NCBI GenBank assembly: GCA_965238175.1
Contig: CBDEGZ010000003.1
Coordinates: forward strand, 771,885 to 835,884
DNA from: Gammaproteobacteria bacterium
Lineage (GTDB): Bacteria > Pseudomonadota > Gammaproteobacteria > CAJXQU01
Reading direction: 5' to 3'
Length of the DNA: 64,000 nucleotides
Part shown: one piece after another, positions 39,536-49,214 of the stretch
How the letters are laid out: each line of letters begins with the position of its first letter
Position numbering within the stretch: position 1 is the stretch's first letter
Program-made: the position numbers and the translations under genes
Notes under the pieces: generated by a model
Seen by the model: only the letters and a program-made list of their open reading frames with translations
Database searches by the model: none
Told to the model about the DNA's origin: nothing

Positions 39536-40207
39536 TTAATCCGGGCCATCCCAAGCAAGGAAATTTGCTAATAATTTCAAGCCATCATGTTGGCTTTTTT
39601 CAGGATGAAATTGGACCGCAAAAACATTATTTAGAGTGATTGCTGAAGTAAATTCCAAACAATAATCTGTCGTCGCAGCGATGACTTGTTTTTGATCTGG
39701 CTCGACATAGTAGCTGTGCACAAAGTAGAAGCGACTACCGGGTTGGATGCCATTCCACATTGGATGATCAGCAACGGGATTAACCTGGTTCCAACCCATG
39801 TGAGGTATTTTAAGTCGTTCACCACTGATGGGATCTTTAGGATCCTCTGGGAAATGAACAACCTTACCCGGGAAAATATCTAGCCCTTTAACACCGCCAT
39901 CTTCGTCACTTGTTTTCATCAGGCTTTGTAATCCGAGACAGATCCCAAAAAAAGGTTTTTCATTAATCGCTTTTCGGATCACGTCATCAAGATCCTGATC
40001 CTGAAGGTTACGCATACAATCTCCAATAGCGCCTTGTCCTGGGAAAACCACCCGATCAGCTTTTGCAACTTCGTCAGCATTGTTAGTGACGACGACACGA
40101 TGCTTGTCATTGGAGAGTTCAGCGACATGTTCAATTGCTTTGGAAACAGAACGAAGGTTACTGCCACCGTAATCGATCACGGCGACAGTTTGTCTGCTTG
40201 CGGACAT
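39536..40207 (-). CDS. hisH: imidazole glycerol phosphate synthase glutaminase subunit
   Basis: Class I GATase triad context (GICLGLQ, HPE). Confidence 0.92.
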   Translation of the reverse strand: MSASRQTVAVIDYGGSNLRSVSKAIEHVAELSNDKHRVVVTNNADEVAKADRVVFPGQGAIGDCMRNLQDQDLDDVIRKAINEKPFFGICLGLQSLMKTSDEDGGVKGLDIFPGKVVHFPEDPKDPISGERLKIPHMGWNQVNPVADHPMWNGIQPGSRFYFVHSYYVEPDQKQVIAATTDYCLEFTSAITLNNVFAVQFHPEKSQHDGLKLLANFLAWDGPD

Positions 40208-40800
40208 TACAATTTTCCTTTGGTCGAAGGGAGTGTGCCTTGCATACGAGGATCTGGCTCAACGGCCATTCGTAATGCGCGGCCAAAGGCTTTGAAAATA
40301 GTTTCAACGATGTGATGGGCATTCCGGCCACGAATATTATCAATATGAAGTGTGATTAAAGAGTGATTCACAAAACCTTGAAAGAATTCGTAGAATAGTT
40401 CTGTATCAAAATCACCGATCTTAGCGCGAGGGAATTTCACCTGGTATTCAAGCCCGGGGCGTCCAGAGCAATCAATGACTACACGTGACAAAGCCTCATC
40501 TAAAGGTACATAAGCATGGCCGTAACGTCTGATGCCTTTTTTGTCGTTTAGCGCCTTAGTGAATGCCTGACCAAGCGTGATGCCAATATCTTCAACTGTG
40601 TGGTGGGCATCAATTTCCAAATCGCCTTTGGCCTTGATATCAATGTCCATTACACCATGCCGAGCAATTTGATCAAGCATGTGATCAAGGAAGGGGATCC
40701 CTGAATCAAGCTGAGATTGCCCTGAGCCATCAAGGTTAATACTAATCTTGATTTGGGTTTCATTCGTATCGCGATCTATGCTCGCTTTGCGCTGGATCAT
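40207..40800 (-). CDS. hisB: imidazoleglycerol-phosphate dehydratase
   Basis: Two IGPD His-rich motifs (HH..ED, NAHH..E). Confidence 0.92.
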   Translation of the reverse strand: MIQRKASIDRDTNETQIKISINLDGSGQSQLDSGIPFLDHMLDQIARHGVMDIDIKAKGDLEIDAHHTVEDIGITLGQAFTKALNDKKGIRRYGHAYVPLDEALSRVVIDCSGRPGLEYQVKFPRAKIGDFDTELFYEFFQGFVNHSLITLHIDNIRGRNAHHIVETIFKAFGRALRMAVEPDPRMQGTLPSTKGKL

Positions 40801-40848
40801 CTTCTTTATTCCAAAACATTATACAATCAAGCTACGATACCAGAATAA

Positions 40849-41778
<930 letters not shown>

Positions 41779-41798
41779 AAAGCCCTATATCGAAATAC

Positions 41799-42677
41799 TT
41801 ATGCGGCTCTTTTGCGACGTTGCATAAAACCAAGCAGAGCCATACTAAATCCAAATAAATAAACACTGGCCGGTAGTGGAACAGCCGTTACATCTCTTGT
41901 GCCGACAGTCGCAATCAATGTTGCAAAATCAGTATAGCTAAAGGCTCTGTCGACTAGCCTTTCAGAGTTGGGCATTCCCGTAGCGCCTGTTCCCAGAAGA
42001 GAGAAGTTTGATTCTCCAGGGTTAGGAACCATTGTAGAATGATTTAAAGAAAGAGTGTGGCCTATTTCATGGGAAATAGTACCGATCAATAAGTTTGCTA
42101 TTTCCGTTAAGTCAGTAGGGTCATGCATGATAGTGGCAATAATGTCTGTCAGAACTGAACCAACTAAGGTTCCAGGGTTTATAGGGGGTCTAGTGCTAGT
42201 GGCGCGACCAACACAATCGTAGCAAGCATGTCCCAGAAAGCCCGCAGCTGCTGTTACAGGGTCGGTAGTATCGCGTTCGCCTACCTTTACAAAATAATAG
42301 CTAGTGTCGAGATTAGATGGTGCAGTACCAACACTGCCAATCTCAAAATCAATATCTAATTCTTTACCATCAGCAAGAGTACTGGATGTATCTGTCCCGA
42401 TTGTTGGGAACGCTTTAAAATCATTCCTTACACCTGTTAACACTGCATTGGTGATGGTATTAAAATTAAAACTACTGCCGAAGGCTGAGGGATCAAAAGC
42501 ATCTGTAGTCACGTTGCTATCGCTATTGAATATAGTTTCTGCAGTGCCCGTAGAGGAAAAGTCCAAAACAAACGTCAACGCCTTTACATTGTGGCTGGAC
42601 AGCAGCAATATTCCGCTGAAAATAAGTGTGGTGATCGATCCATAAAAATGGGGACGTGTTTGTTGAGAATGTTTCAA
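41799..42677 (-). CDS. secreted zinc metalloprotease (HExxHxxGxxH metzincin-like) with C-terminal PEP-CTERM sorting signal (TTG start, AGGAG Shine-Dalgarno)
   Basis: A signal peptide and the zinc site ISHEIGHTLSLNH. The C-terminus VPLPASVYLFGFSMALLGFMQRRKRAA is a VPxP motif, a transmembrane helix and an Arg-rich tail. Confidence 0.7.
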   Translation of the reverse strand: MKHSQQTRPHFYGSITTLIFSGILLLSSHNVKALTFVLDFSSTGTAETIFNSDSNVTTDAFDPSAFGSSFNFNTITNAVLTGVRNDFKAFPTIGTDTSSTLADGKELDIDFEIGSVGTAPSNLDTSYYFVKVGERDTTDPVTAAAGFLGHACYDCVGRATSTRPPINPGTLVGSVLTDIIATIMHDPTDLTEIANLLIGTISHEIGHTLSLNHSTMVPNPGESNFSLLGTGATGMPNSERLVDRAFSYTDFATLIATVGTRDVTAVPLPASVYLFGFSMALLGFMQRRKRAA

Positions 42678-42933
42678 AATAATTGCTCCTATAGGATACG
42701 TTTTATTTATAATTGGATATGATCCTAGAACATGCTGTTCAAGGATTACGCTATTTAACTGTTATAGCAAGGTATGGGCTAGAAGATACTTTGAGAAAAT
42801 TAATTATTTAAATTATTGATTTAATTAATATATTTGTAATTCTATTATTTCTTAACAGTGGATTGTAGGTAAAAAAGAGTTCTTTAAAGAACAAATATGT
42901 CTCCCACAGGTGACACAAATGAGGATTGTGGAA

Positions 42934-43368
42934 ATGAAATTTGCAGAAAAAATACTGTCAGGTTTGTTATGCTGGTTGTTAATGATGAATTCATCTCAAG
43001 CTGATTGGGCAGCAATCTCGGCAGAAGAATTGGCAAACAGTTCTGATCTGATTGTGGTTGGAGAAATGATCGAAGTGAACGTAGCGCCAGCACCTGAAGG
43101 AGATCACAAAGTTAGTCTGGGGGTTATCCAGATCAAAGAGGTATTGAAAGGGGAACATCAATCTGAAACGCTTTTGCTAAGGATGCCCTATATTGGAGAG
43201 GGCGTGGAACTATCCAGTTCAGACATTATTTTTACTGTTGGCCAAAATGGGCTTTGGTATTTACAAAACGTTGGGAACGATCATTATTTTGTTAATCGCC
43301 CTGACAGGTTTGTTAAACTAAATCGGGCAACAGACAGAATTAAAGAGTTACGTTGTCGTCAAGATTGA
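42934..43368 (+). CDS. secreted hypothetical protein
   Basis: GAGGA Shine-Dalgarno 7 nt before the ATG at 42934. Signal peptide MKFAEKILSGLLCWLLMMNSSQA. No recognisable domain. Confidence 0.45.
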   Translation: MKFAEKILSGLLCWLLMMNSSQADWAAISAEELANSSDLIVVGEMIEVNVAPAPEGDHKVSLGVIQIKEVLKGEHQSETLLLRMPYIGEGVELSSSDIIFTVGQNGLWYLQNVGNDHYFVNRPDRFVKLNRATDRIKELRCRQD

Positions 43369-43469
43369 AGCTGTTTGTTTATGAATTGGACTAGCCACAA
43401 CTAAACCGAGTTCCAGGTGGTAATATAGCATCTACCAAGCTCGGAACCCGGAAAACTCATTTCAATAGA

Positions 43470-44339
43470 TTAGCGTAATTTAACGTCTCTACCATTTCGG
43501 GGTTGTATGGGTCTATTATTGTTTCCGTCTTCTGATGCGTAAGACAGGCGACCCAGTGCATTAGTCAGTATTGAAACTTGTTCTTCAGACCAGCGCACGC
43601 TCTGTTTCATAACAAACCAGCTTACGCCTTCTGAGCATGGTGGGGTAGTTAGCGAGCCGCTGTATGCATACGCCTTCATGTTTTTAGGAAGAAGATCTTC
43701 AACATTTATTCGATCGTCAAATGAGTAGGTAGTGCTCGCAACTTGAGGTATTAATTGCTCAAACCGCTCATTATCAGGTAAGGCACGGTTCTCCCTACCA
43801 GTCCTGATCATAACACCAACAACTGCTAATGAACCGTCTGCAGAAGAATGAACCAGATGCATCTCAAGAGGGAAATGCGCACCACCGGCAAATGTATGTT
43901 CGCTCGGGGTATGAAAATGGAACTGTTTTAGTTCATAGCGTTGGCCGTTGATGTTTATCTCACTACCAGGCTCATACTTAAGCTCTATTGTGTGGCCATT
44001 GTTCAAGACTTCAATATTTGTATCATAATATTGTAAGTCTAACCGCTTGCCTCTCTTTCTGTTTTCGTGACGTCTGATATTAATAGGTGATTGCAAGGAT
44101 CCATCTCCGCATGTGCTCCATTCCGGATCCAGATTAGCCCAATTATTCAGACCGATTTCTCCATCGTAGCCGAAGCTTGAATCTTCGAGAGCATCTTCCA
44201 GCAAAATACTGCCGCTTAATGTTGTTTCTCCAAAGGTAACGTTCGGATAGATTGCTAGTGCAAGATTCGTTATTACTACAGCAATGCTAGATTTTGTAAA
44301 GCGAGTGGGGGAAAATTTGTTCATGTTCTTTAACCTCAT
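43470..44339 (-). CDS. periplasmic alpha-class carbonic anhydrase
   Basis: QSPINI, Zn ligands in FHFHTPSEH and EMHLVH, a signal peptide. The start may be the ATG at 44324. Confidence 0.88.
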   Translation of the reverse strand: MRLKNMNKFSPTRFTKSSIAVVITNLALAIYPNVTFGETTLSGSILLEDALEDSSFGYDGEIGLNNWANLDPEWSTCGDGSLQSPINIRRHENRKRGKRLDLQYYDTNIEVLNNGHTIELKYEPGSEININGQRYELKQFHFHTPSEHTFAGGAHFPLEMHLVHSSADGSLAVVGVMIRTGRENRALPDNERFEQLIPQVASTTYSFDDRINVEDLLPKNMKAYAYSGSLTTPPCSEGVSWFVMKQSVRWSEEQVSILTNALGRLSYASEDGNNNRPIQPRNGRDVKLR

Positions 44340-44499
44340 ATTATTATTAGTTTATCTGCGAATCAGACCTGATTTTGACACAGGTTAAAATAGGATTATT
44401 CCTGATAATGGTCTATTTTTAATATGTTTCTATGGAGAACTAAGCATCTAGAATACAAGTTTGATGTTACAGAAAGTGGAAATGCTTGTCTAAATTGGC

Positions 44500-45279
44500 T
44501 TATTTTTCTCCTCTAAGCAGGTTTAGAGCAAATAATGCACGCGCATTGAGTGTCGTTTGTTTAACTATTTTTTGTCTATTTTCAGGACGTAAGTCAACAA
44601 AGGTATTGAGCACATAGGTGATAAATCCAGGTTCATTTCGTTGACCTTTGTGATTCATGTCTGGTTGATCTGGTGCATCAGTTTCGAGCAATAACCGTTC
44701 AAGAGGTAATGTCTGGATCAAGGAGCGAATATTTTTTGATCCAGCAAATGTTGCTGCGCCACCAAAGCTTAAAAAATAACCTAAATCAATCAGTTGTTCC
44801 GCTTGTTGCAAGCTGCCATTAAAACTATGGATCATGCCTTTTCGGTGATCAATTTTTTTGATTATTTTGATCACATCTTCAACGGCTTTTCGAGCATGAA
44901 TTATGATGGGCAGATCAAATTCTTTCGCAATTTCTATCTGTGCCTCAAAGAACACACGTTGTTTTATTTGATCGAGATCTTTTAGATAAAAATCCAACCC
45001 AGCTTCTCCAACAGCAACAGGTTTTTCGTTTTTTATCCAGTCGCGCAGTTGATCAAGATCTTGTTCTTTATGTTGTTCTATAAAATACGGATGCAAGCCA
45101 TAAGCGGGAAAAACATTCGGATATTGATCCGTAATTGTTTTGGTTTTGTCCCAAGAATTAGCGGACACAGCAGGTATGATCATCGCTTCAACGCCAGCCT
45201 CTAATGCACGTTGATACACCGCATCGCGATCAAGATCAAAACGCGGATCGTCAAAGTGGACGTGTGAATCTATCAACAT
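44500..45279 (-). CDS. tatD: TatD-family metal-dependent hydrolase
   Basis: IDSHVHFD start and TatD His/Asp ligands. Confidence 0.88.
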   Translation of the reverse strand: MLIDSHVHFDDPRFDLDRDAVYQRALEAGVEAMIIPAVSANSWDKTKTITDQYPNVFPAYGLHPYFIEQHKEQDLDQLRDWIKNEKPVAVGEAGLDFYLKDLDQIKQRVFFEAQIEIAKEFDLPIIIHARKAVEDVIKIIKKIDHRKGMIHSFNGSLQQAEQLIDLGYFLSFGGAATFAGSKNIRSLIQTLPLERLLLETDAPDQPDMNHKGQRNEPGFITYVLNTFVDLRPENRQKIVKQTTLNARALFALNLLRGEK

Positions 45280-45335
45280 ATTATTTCTGTCATTAAAATA
45301 AAAACAGGATCAGAAAGTTGAGGTTACTTTGGAGA

Positions 45336-45788
45336 TTATTTTTGATTAGGCGGAACCTGCAACCAGAATGTGACGGGACCATCGTTTGTGAGAGTGACTT
45401 GCATGTCGGCGGTGAAAATACCAGTTTCGACTTTATTGTGAGTCGTCCGAGCTTTCTCGACAATATAATTATAAAGTTGTTCTCCTTCATCAGATGTTGC
45501 GGCTGAAGAGAAGCTAGGGCGCATGCCTTTTTGAGTATCAGCAGGCAAAGTAAATTGTGAAACCAGCAAAAGGCCACCGTTGATATCAGTAACACTACAA
45601 TTCATTTTGTCATTGTCATCAACGAAAACACGGTAGCCGAGTAACCGCTCGAGCAACCGATCAGCTTGCTTTTCAGTGTCGCCTTTTTCGACCCCGATCA
45701 AAACAAGTAGGCCTTGATCTATTTGCCCAACGGTTTCTCCTGCAACGTCTACTTTTGCTTGAGTGACACGTTGTAGCAGTCCAATCAT
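45336..45788 (-). CDS. dtd: D-aminoacyl-tRNA deacylase
   Basis: MIGLLQRV...SQFTL motif family. Confidence 0.92.
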   Translation of the reverse strand: MIGLLQRVTQAKVDVAGETVGQIDQGLLVLIGVEKGDTEKQADRLLERLLGYRVFVDDNDKMNCSVTDINGGLLLVSQFTLPADTQKGMRPSFSSAATSDEGEQLYNYIVEKARTTHNKVETGIFTADMQVTLTNDGPVTFWLQVPPNQK

Positions 45789-45811
45789 TTAAGATCTCGT
45801 TGAGGCGCTCG

Positions 45812-47635
45812 TTATGAGTCTTTCGGTGCTCTTGAAGCCCGTTTACGTTCATTTTCGGTGAGCATTTGTTTACGAATACGGATCGACTTTGGTGTCACTT
45901 CGACCATTTCATCGTCATTGATAAACTCTAATGCTTGTTCCAAATCGTAACGAATTGGCGGTGTCAGGACGATATTTTCATCGGTTCCTGATGCACGTAC
46001 ATTAGTCAACTGCTTACCTTTCAAAGGATTCACAACCAAATCATTAGTACGAGAATGAATGCCCACGATCATACCTTCGTAAAGATCTTCGCCATGGCCA
46101 ACAAACAAACTGCCACGTTCTTGCAGATTGAATAATGAATAACCCGAGCTTTTGCCTGGGCTGATAGAAATGAGCACACCGTTGTTTCGTTGGCCGATAC
46201 CGCCGGTTTTTAATGGGCCATAATGATCAAACGTGTGATACATAAGACCCGTTCCAGAAGTGGATGTCATAAACTCCGTTCGGAAGCCGATCAGGCCACG
46301 AGCTGGAATTTCAAAATCCAGTCGAACTCGGCCTTTTCCGTCGGGTGACATATCTTTAAGATCACCTTTTCTTTCGCCAAGACGTTCCATTACCGAGCCC
46401 TGGTGTTGTTCTTCCACATCAATGGTTAATTGCTCATAAGGCTCAGAGGTGACGCCGTCAATTTCACGAATAATAACTTGAGGACGACCAACACCTAGCT
46501 CGAAACCTTCACGTCGCATATTTTCGATCAAAATCGAAAGATGTAATTCTCCACGACCAGAAACCAGAAAACTATTCGCATCTTCAGTATCGTCTACACG
46601 CAGCGCAACATTGTGGATTAGCTCCTTATCAAGCCGCTCTTTGATCTGTCGGCTGGTAACATATTTACCGTCTTTGCCGGCAAATGGGGAATTGTTGACA
46701 TAAAAAGTCATGCTCACTGTCGGTTCATCAACACTTAACGGCGGTAGCGCTTCAACAGTGGCGGGGTCACACATCGTGTCGGAAATCCGAATGCCTTCGA
46801 TACCCGTAATCGCGACAATATCTCCCGCATTCGCTTCTTCCACTTCGATACGATCCAGCCCATTAAAACCTAACACCTGCATCGTCCGGCCATTGCGCGT
46901 TTTGCCATCAACGTCGATTAAGGTGACGGGCATACTCGGTCTTACCTTGCCGCGCGTGATCCGACCGACGCCAATTGCGCCGACATAGCTGGAATAATCC
47001 AACGCACTGATCTGCATCTGAAAAGGGCCATCAGGGTCAACTTCTGGGGGTGAAACGTGATCAACTATCGCTTGTAAAAGTGGGGTCATATCTCCGCTGG
47101 AAATATCTGATTCGAGACTGGCGTAACCTTCAATTGCTGACGCATAAACAACCGGAAAATCCAATTGATCATCAGTCGCACCCAGTTGATCAAAAAGTTC
47201 GAAAGTTTGATCCATTACCCAATCAGGGCGACTGCCATCACGATCAATTTTGTTGATAACCACAATCGGTTTTAAACCCTGAGCAAATGCCTTTTGGGTG
47301 ACAAAACGTGTTTGTGGCATTGGGCCGTCAACCGCATCAACGAGCAGGATGACAGAATCAACCATCGACAAAATTCGTTCGACTTCGCCACCGAAATCCG
47401 CATGTCCAGGAGTATCAACAATATTGATCCGATAATCGTTCCAATTGATCGCCGTATTTTTTGCAAGAATGGTAATACCGCGTTCTTTCTCGATATCATT
47501 GCTGTCCATCACACGGCTAGGTGTATCTGCACGTTCACCCAAAGTACCGGATTGTTGTAAGAGACAATCAACCAGCGTGGTCTTGCCGTGATCAACATGT
47601 GCGACAATTGCGATGTTTCTGAGTTTGTCAGTCAA
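45812..47635 (-). CDS. typA: translational GTPase TypA/BipA (TTG start)
   Basis: (M)[22 protein letters not shown] is near-identical to the E. coli BipA N-terminus. G1-G4 motifs. Confidence 0.95.
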   Translation of the reverse strand: MTDKLRNIAIVAHVDHGKTTLVDCLLQQSGTLGERADTPSRVMDSNDIEKERGITILAKNTAINWNDYRINIVDTPGHADFGGEVERILSMVDSVILLVDAVDGPMPQTRFVTQKAFAQGLKPIVVINKIDRDGSRPDWVMDQTFELFDQLGATDDQLDFPVVYASAIEGYASLESDISSGDMTPLLQAIVDHVSPPEVDPDGPFQMQISALDYSSYVGAIGVGRITRGKVRPSMPVTLIDVDGKTRNGRTMQVLGFNGLDRIEVEEANAGDIVAITGIEGIRISDTMCDPATVEALPPLSVDEPTVSMTFYVNNSPFAGKDGKYVTSRQIKERLDKELIHNVALRVDDTEDANSFLVSGRGELHLSILIENMRREGFELGVGRPQVIIREIDGVTSEPYEQLTIDVEEQHQGSVMERLGERKGDLKDMSPDGKGRVRLDFEIPARGLIGFRTEFMTSTSGTGLMYHTFDHYGPLKTGGIGQRNNGVLISISPGKSSGYSLFNLQERGSLFVGHGEDLYEGMIVGIHSRTNDLVVNPLKGKQLTNVRASGTDENIVLTPPIRYDLEQALEFINDDEMVEVTPKSIRIRKQMLTENERKRASRAPKDS

Positions 47636-47779
47636 AAGGAGTTACCTGGTTAAAATTTAGCCGCGCATTATACGTGTGCGCCACTCAAAGAGATAGCGGC
47701 TTGATTGTAAAGCGTTATTTAGCTCAAACTTATAATGAGAATTTAGCCTTAAGTTATGTGTAGACTTTAGGAGTAGGAA

Positions 47780-47866
47780 GGCTTCGATAATGAGATTCTT
47801 CCTGCGTCAGAATGACAACGTAAAGCGTCATCCTGAGTCAGAGCGAAGGATCACATTATCGAAGCC
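47780..47866. repeat. 87-bp MITE/REP-like element: perfect 13-bp terminal inverted repeats around a 61-nt structured core
   Basis: GGCTTCGATAATG (47780-47792) pairs with CATTATCGAAGCC (47854-47866). There is a nested hairpin TGAC-N10-GTCA inside. Confidence 0.4.
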
Positions 47867-47927
47867 CCTCAATTTTCAGTTCGGCAAAGAACCAAAAACA
47901 AAAGCTAATCTTGATCTCAAACTAACA

Positions 47928-48419
47928 CTATTCGCTATCAGAGGAACCAGTGATCCGGAAAGACAAAGTACGCTTCTCACCCAAACGCATACCTGCACTT
48001 TTTTTGTTAGCCGTCAGTTTGGATGCAAGGTCATCGATATACGCTTTGCCTTTCGTATTCCCCATTAGATAAGCGGCATAAAACCAGCCATACGCATTGA
48101 TATAGTCATACTCAACGCCCTTCCCCCGATCATAAAGCAAACCCAAATTAAGCATCGCATCGGCATTACCCTGCGCAGCAGATTTTTCATACCACTGATG
48201 GGCAAGCTTATAATCACGATCAATACCCGCACCTAAATAATGCATCAAACCAATATAATTTTGCGCCACAGGATCATTTTTTTCAGCCTCTATGATCCAG
48301 ATTTGATAGGCCGTTTCGTACTCACCGTTTTGGAAAGCGACTAATGGATCAGAATTTTGTGAGCAGGAAAATAAAAATAGGGTAAAGACAATAAACCAAT
48401 ATTTTTTGCTATTGGTCAT
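47928..48419 (-). CDS. Sel1/TPR-like repeat lipoprotein, last gene of the pilus operon
   Basis: Lipobox LFSC. At least two Sel1-like repeats (AQNYIGLMHYLGAGIDRD, AMLNLGLLYDRGKGVEYD). Confidence 0.7.
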   Translation of the reverse strand: MTNSKKYWFIVFTLFLFSCSQNSDPLVAFQNGEYETAYQIWIIEAEKNDPVAQNYIGLMHYLGAGIDRDYKLAHQWYEKSAAQGNADAMLNLGLLYDRGKGVEYDYINAYGWFYAAYLMGNTKGKAYIDDLASKLTANKKSAGMRLGEKRTLSFRITGSSDSE

Positions 48420-48458
48420 TTTGGTTGGTTCAAAAGATCAGAATTAATAAATGGCTGA

Positions 48459-49214
48459 TCAGGGTAGGCGGCCGGCTTGGACCATGCGGTATTTGAGGAT
48501 ATTTGGTGAGATCCATACGATCTGATCATCAAAATCACAAAAATCTTGTGAAGCATTATTATCGTCGCATGAGTTAGATTGATTTTTAGTTACAAACTCA
48601 CGTATATGAAATATTTCATCACCGGGTAAAGTTATGTTTTCTAATTCATCTGTTGCATTAGCTGTTGGGGAGGCAATAACGTTTCCTTCTTGATCTGTAC
48701 CACCATAACCATTTGGCCCTAGTGAAACTACGACCGCGGGGGCATCTGCGATCATAACCTCTATAGTTCTTGTTAAAGTATTTCTCCTAACGGTGATCTC
48801 CCCGTTATCACATAAACCAAAAAATGTATCACCCACTACACATCCAATATTTGGAGGTTGTACACTTGTAAATTCTTGTGTGACTGCATAGACATAATAT
48901 CTTCCCCAAGAATCGAAAGGGATGACGCCTAAGTCAAGGTTTGGGATGTTTCCAACTACGAAAGATGCTGCCGAATTACATGAAGCTTCCGCTGCACCAT
49001 CATTATTAGTATCGGGGCAAGGTAAATGGCCGTTCACGATTGCATAACCAATTAAAGCTTCTTTGATATCTTCAAGTTTCTCACGTTCCTGTTGGATTTT
49101 TTTTGAGGAAATACTTGTAGATAGTGGACCTAATATTCCCCCTAGCATTAAACCAACAATTAACAAAACGATTGTTATTTCTAGTAGGGTGAAACCTTTT
49201 GAATATTTATTCAT
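48459..49214 (-). CDS. prepilin-type N-terminal cleavage/methylation domain protein (minor pilin or pseudopilin, MshO-like)
   Basis: MNKYSKG|FTLLEITIVLLIVGLMLGG. Its ATG forms an ATGA overlap with the upstream stop codon. Confidence 0.65.
   Translation of the reverse strand: MNKYSKGFTLLEITIVLLIVGLMLGGILGPLSTSISSKKIQQEREKLEDIKEALIGYAIVNGHLPCPDTNNDGAAEASCNSAASFVVGNIPNLDLGVIPFDSWGRYYVYAVTQEFTSVQPPNIGCVVGDTFFGLCDNGEITVRRNTLTRTIEVMIADAPAVVVSLGPNGYGGTDQEGNVIASPTANATDELENITLPGDEIFHIREFVTKNQSNSCDDNNASQDFCDFDDQIVWISPNILKYRMVQAGRLP

Noticed and set aside
47790-48068. 92-aa plus-strand ORF across the typA / pilus-operon gap
   Set aside because: It overlaps the 13-bp-IR element and the Sel1 gene's 3' end. 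It has no Shine-Dalgarno and its sequence (RQNDNVKRHPESERR...) is not protein-like.
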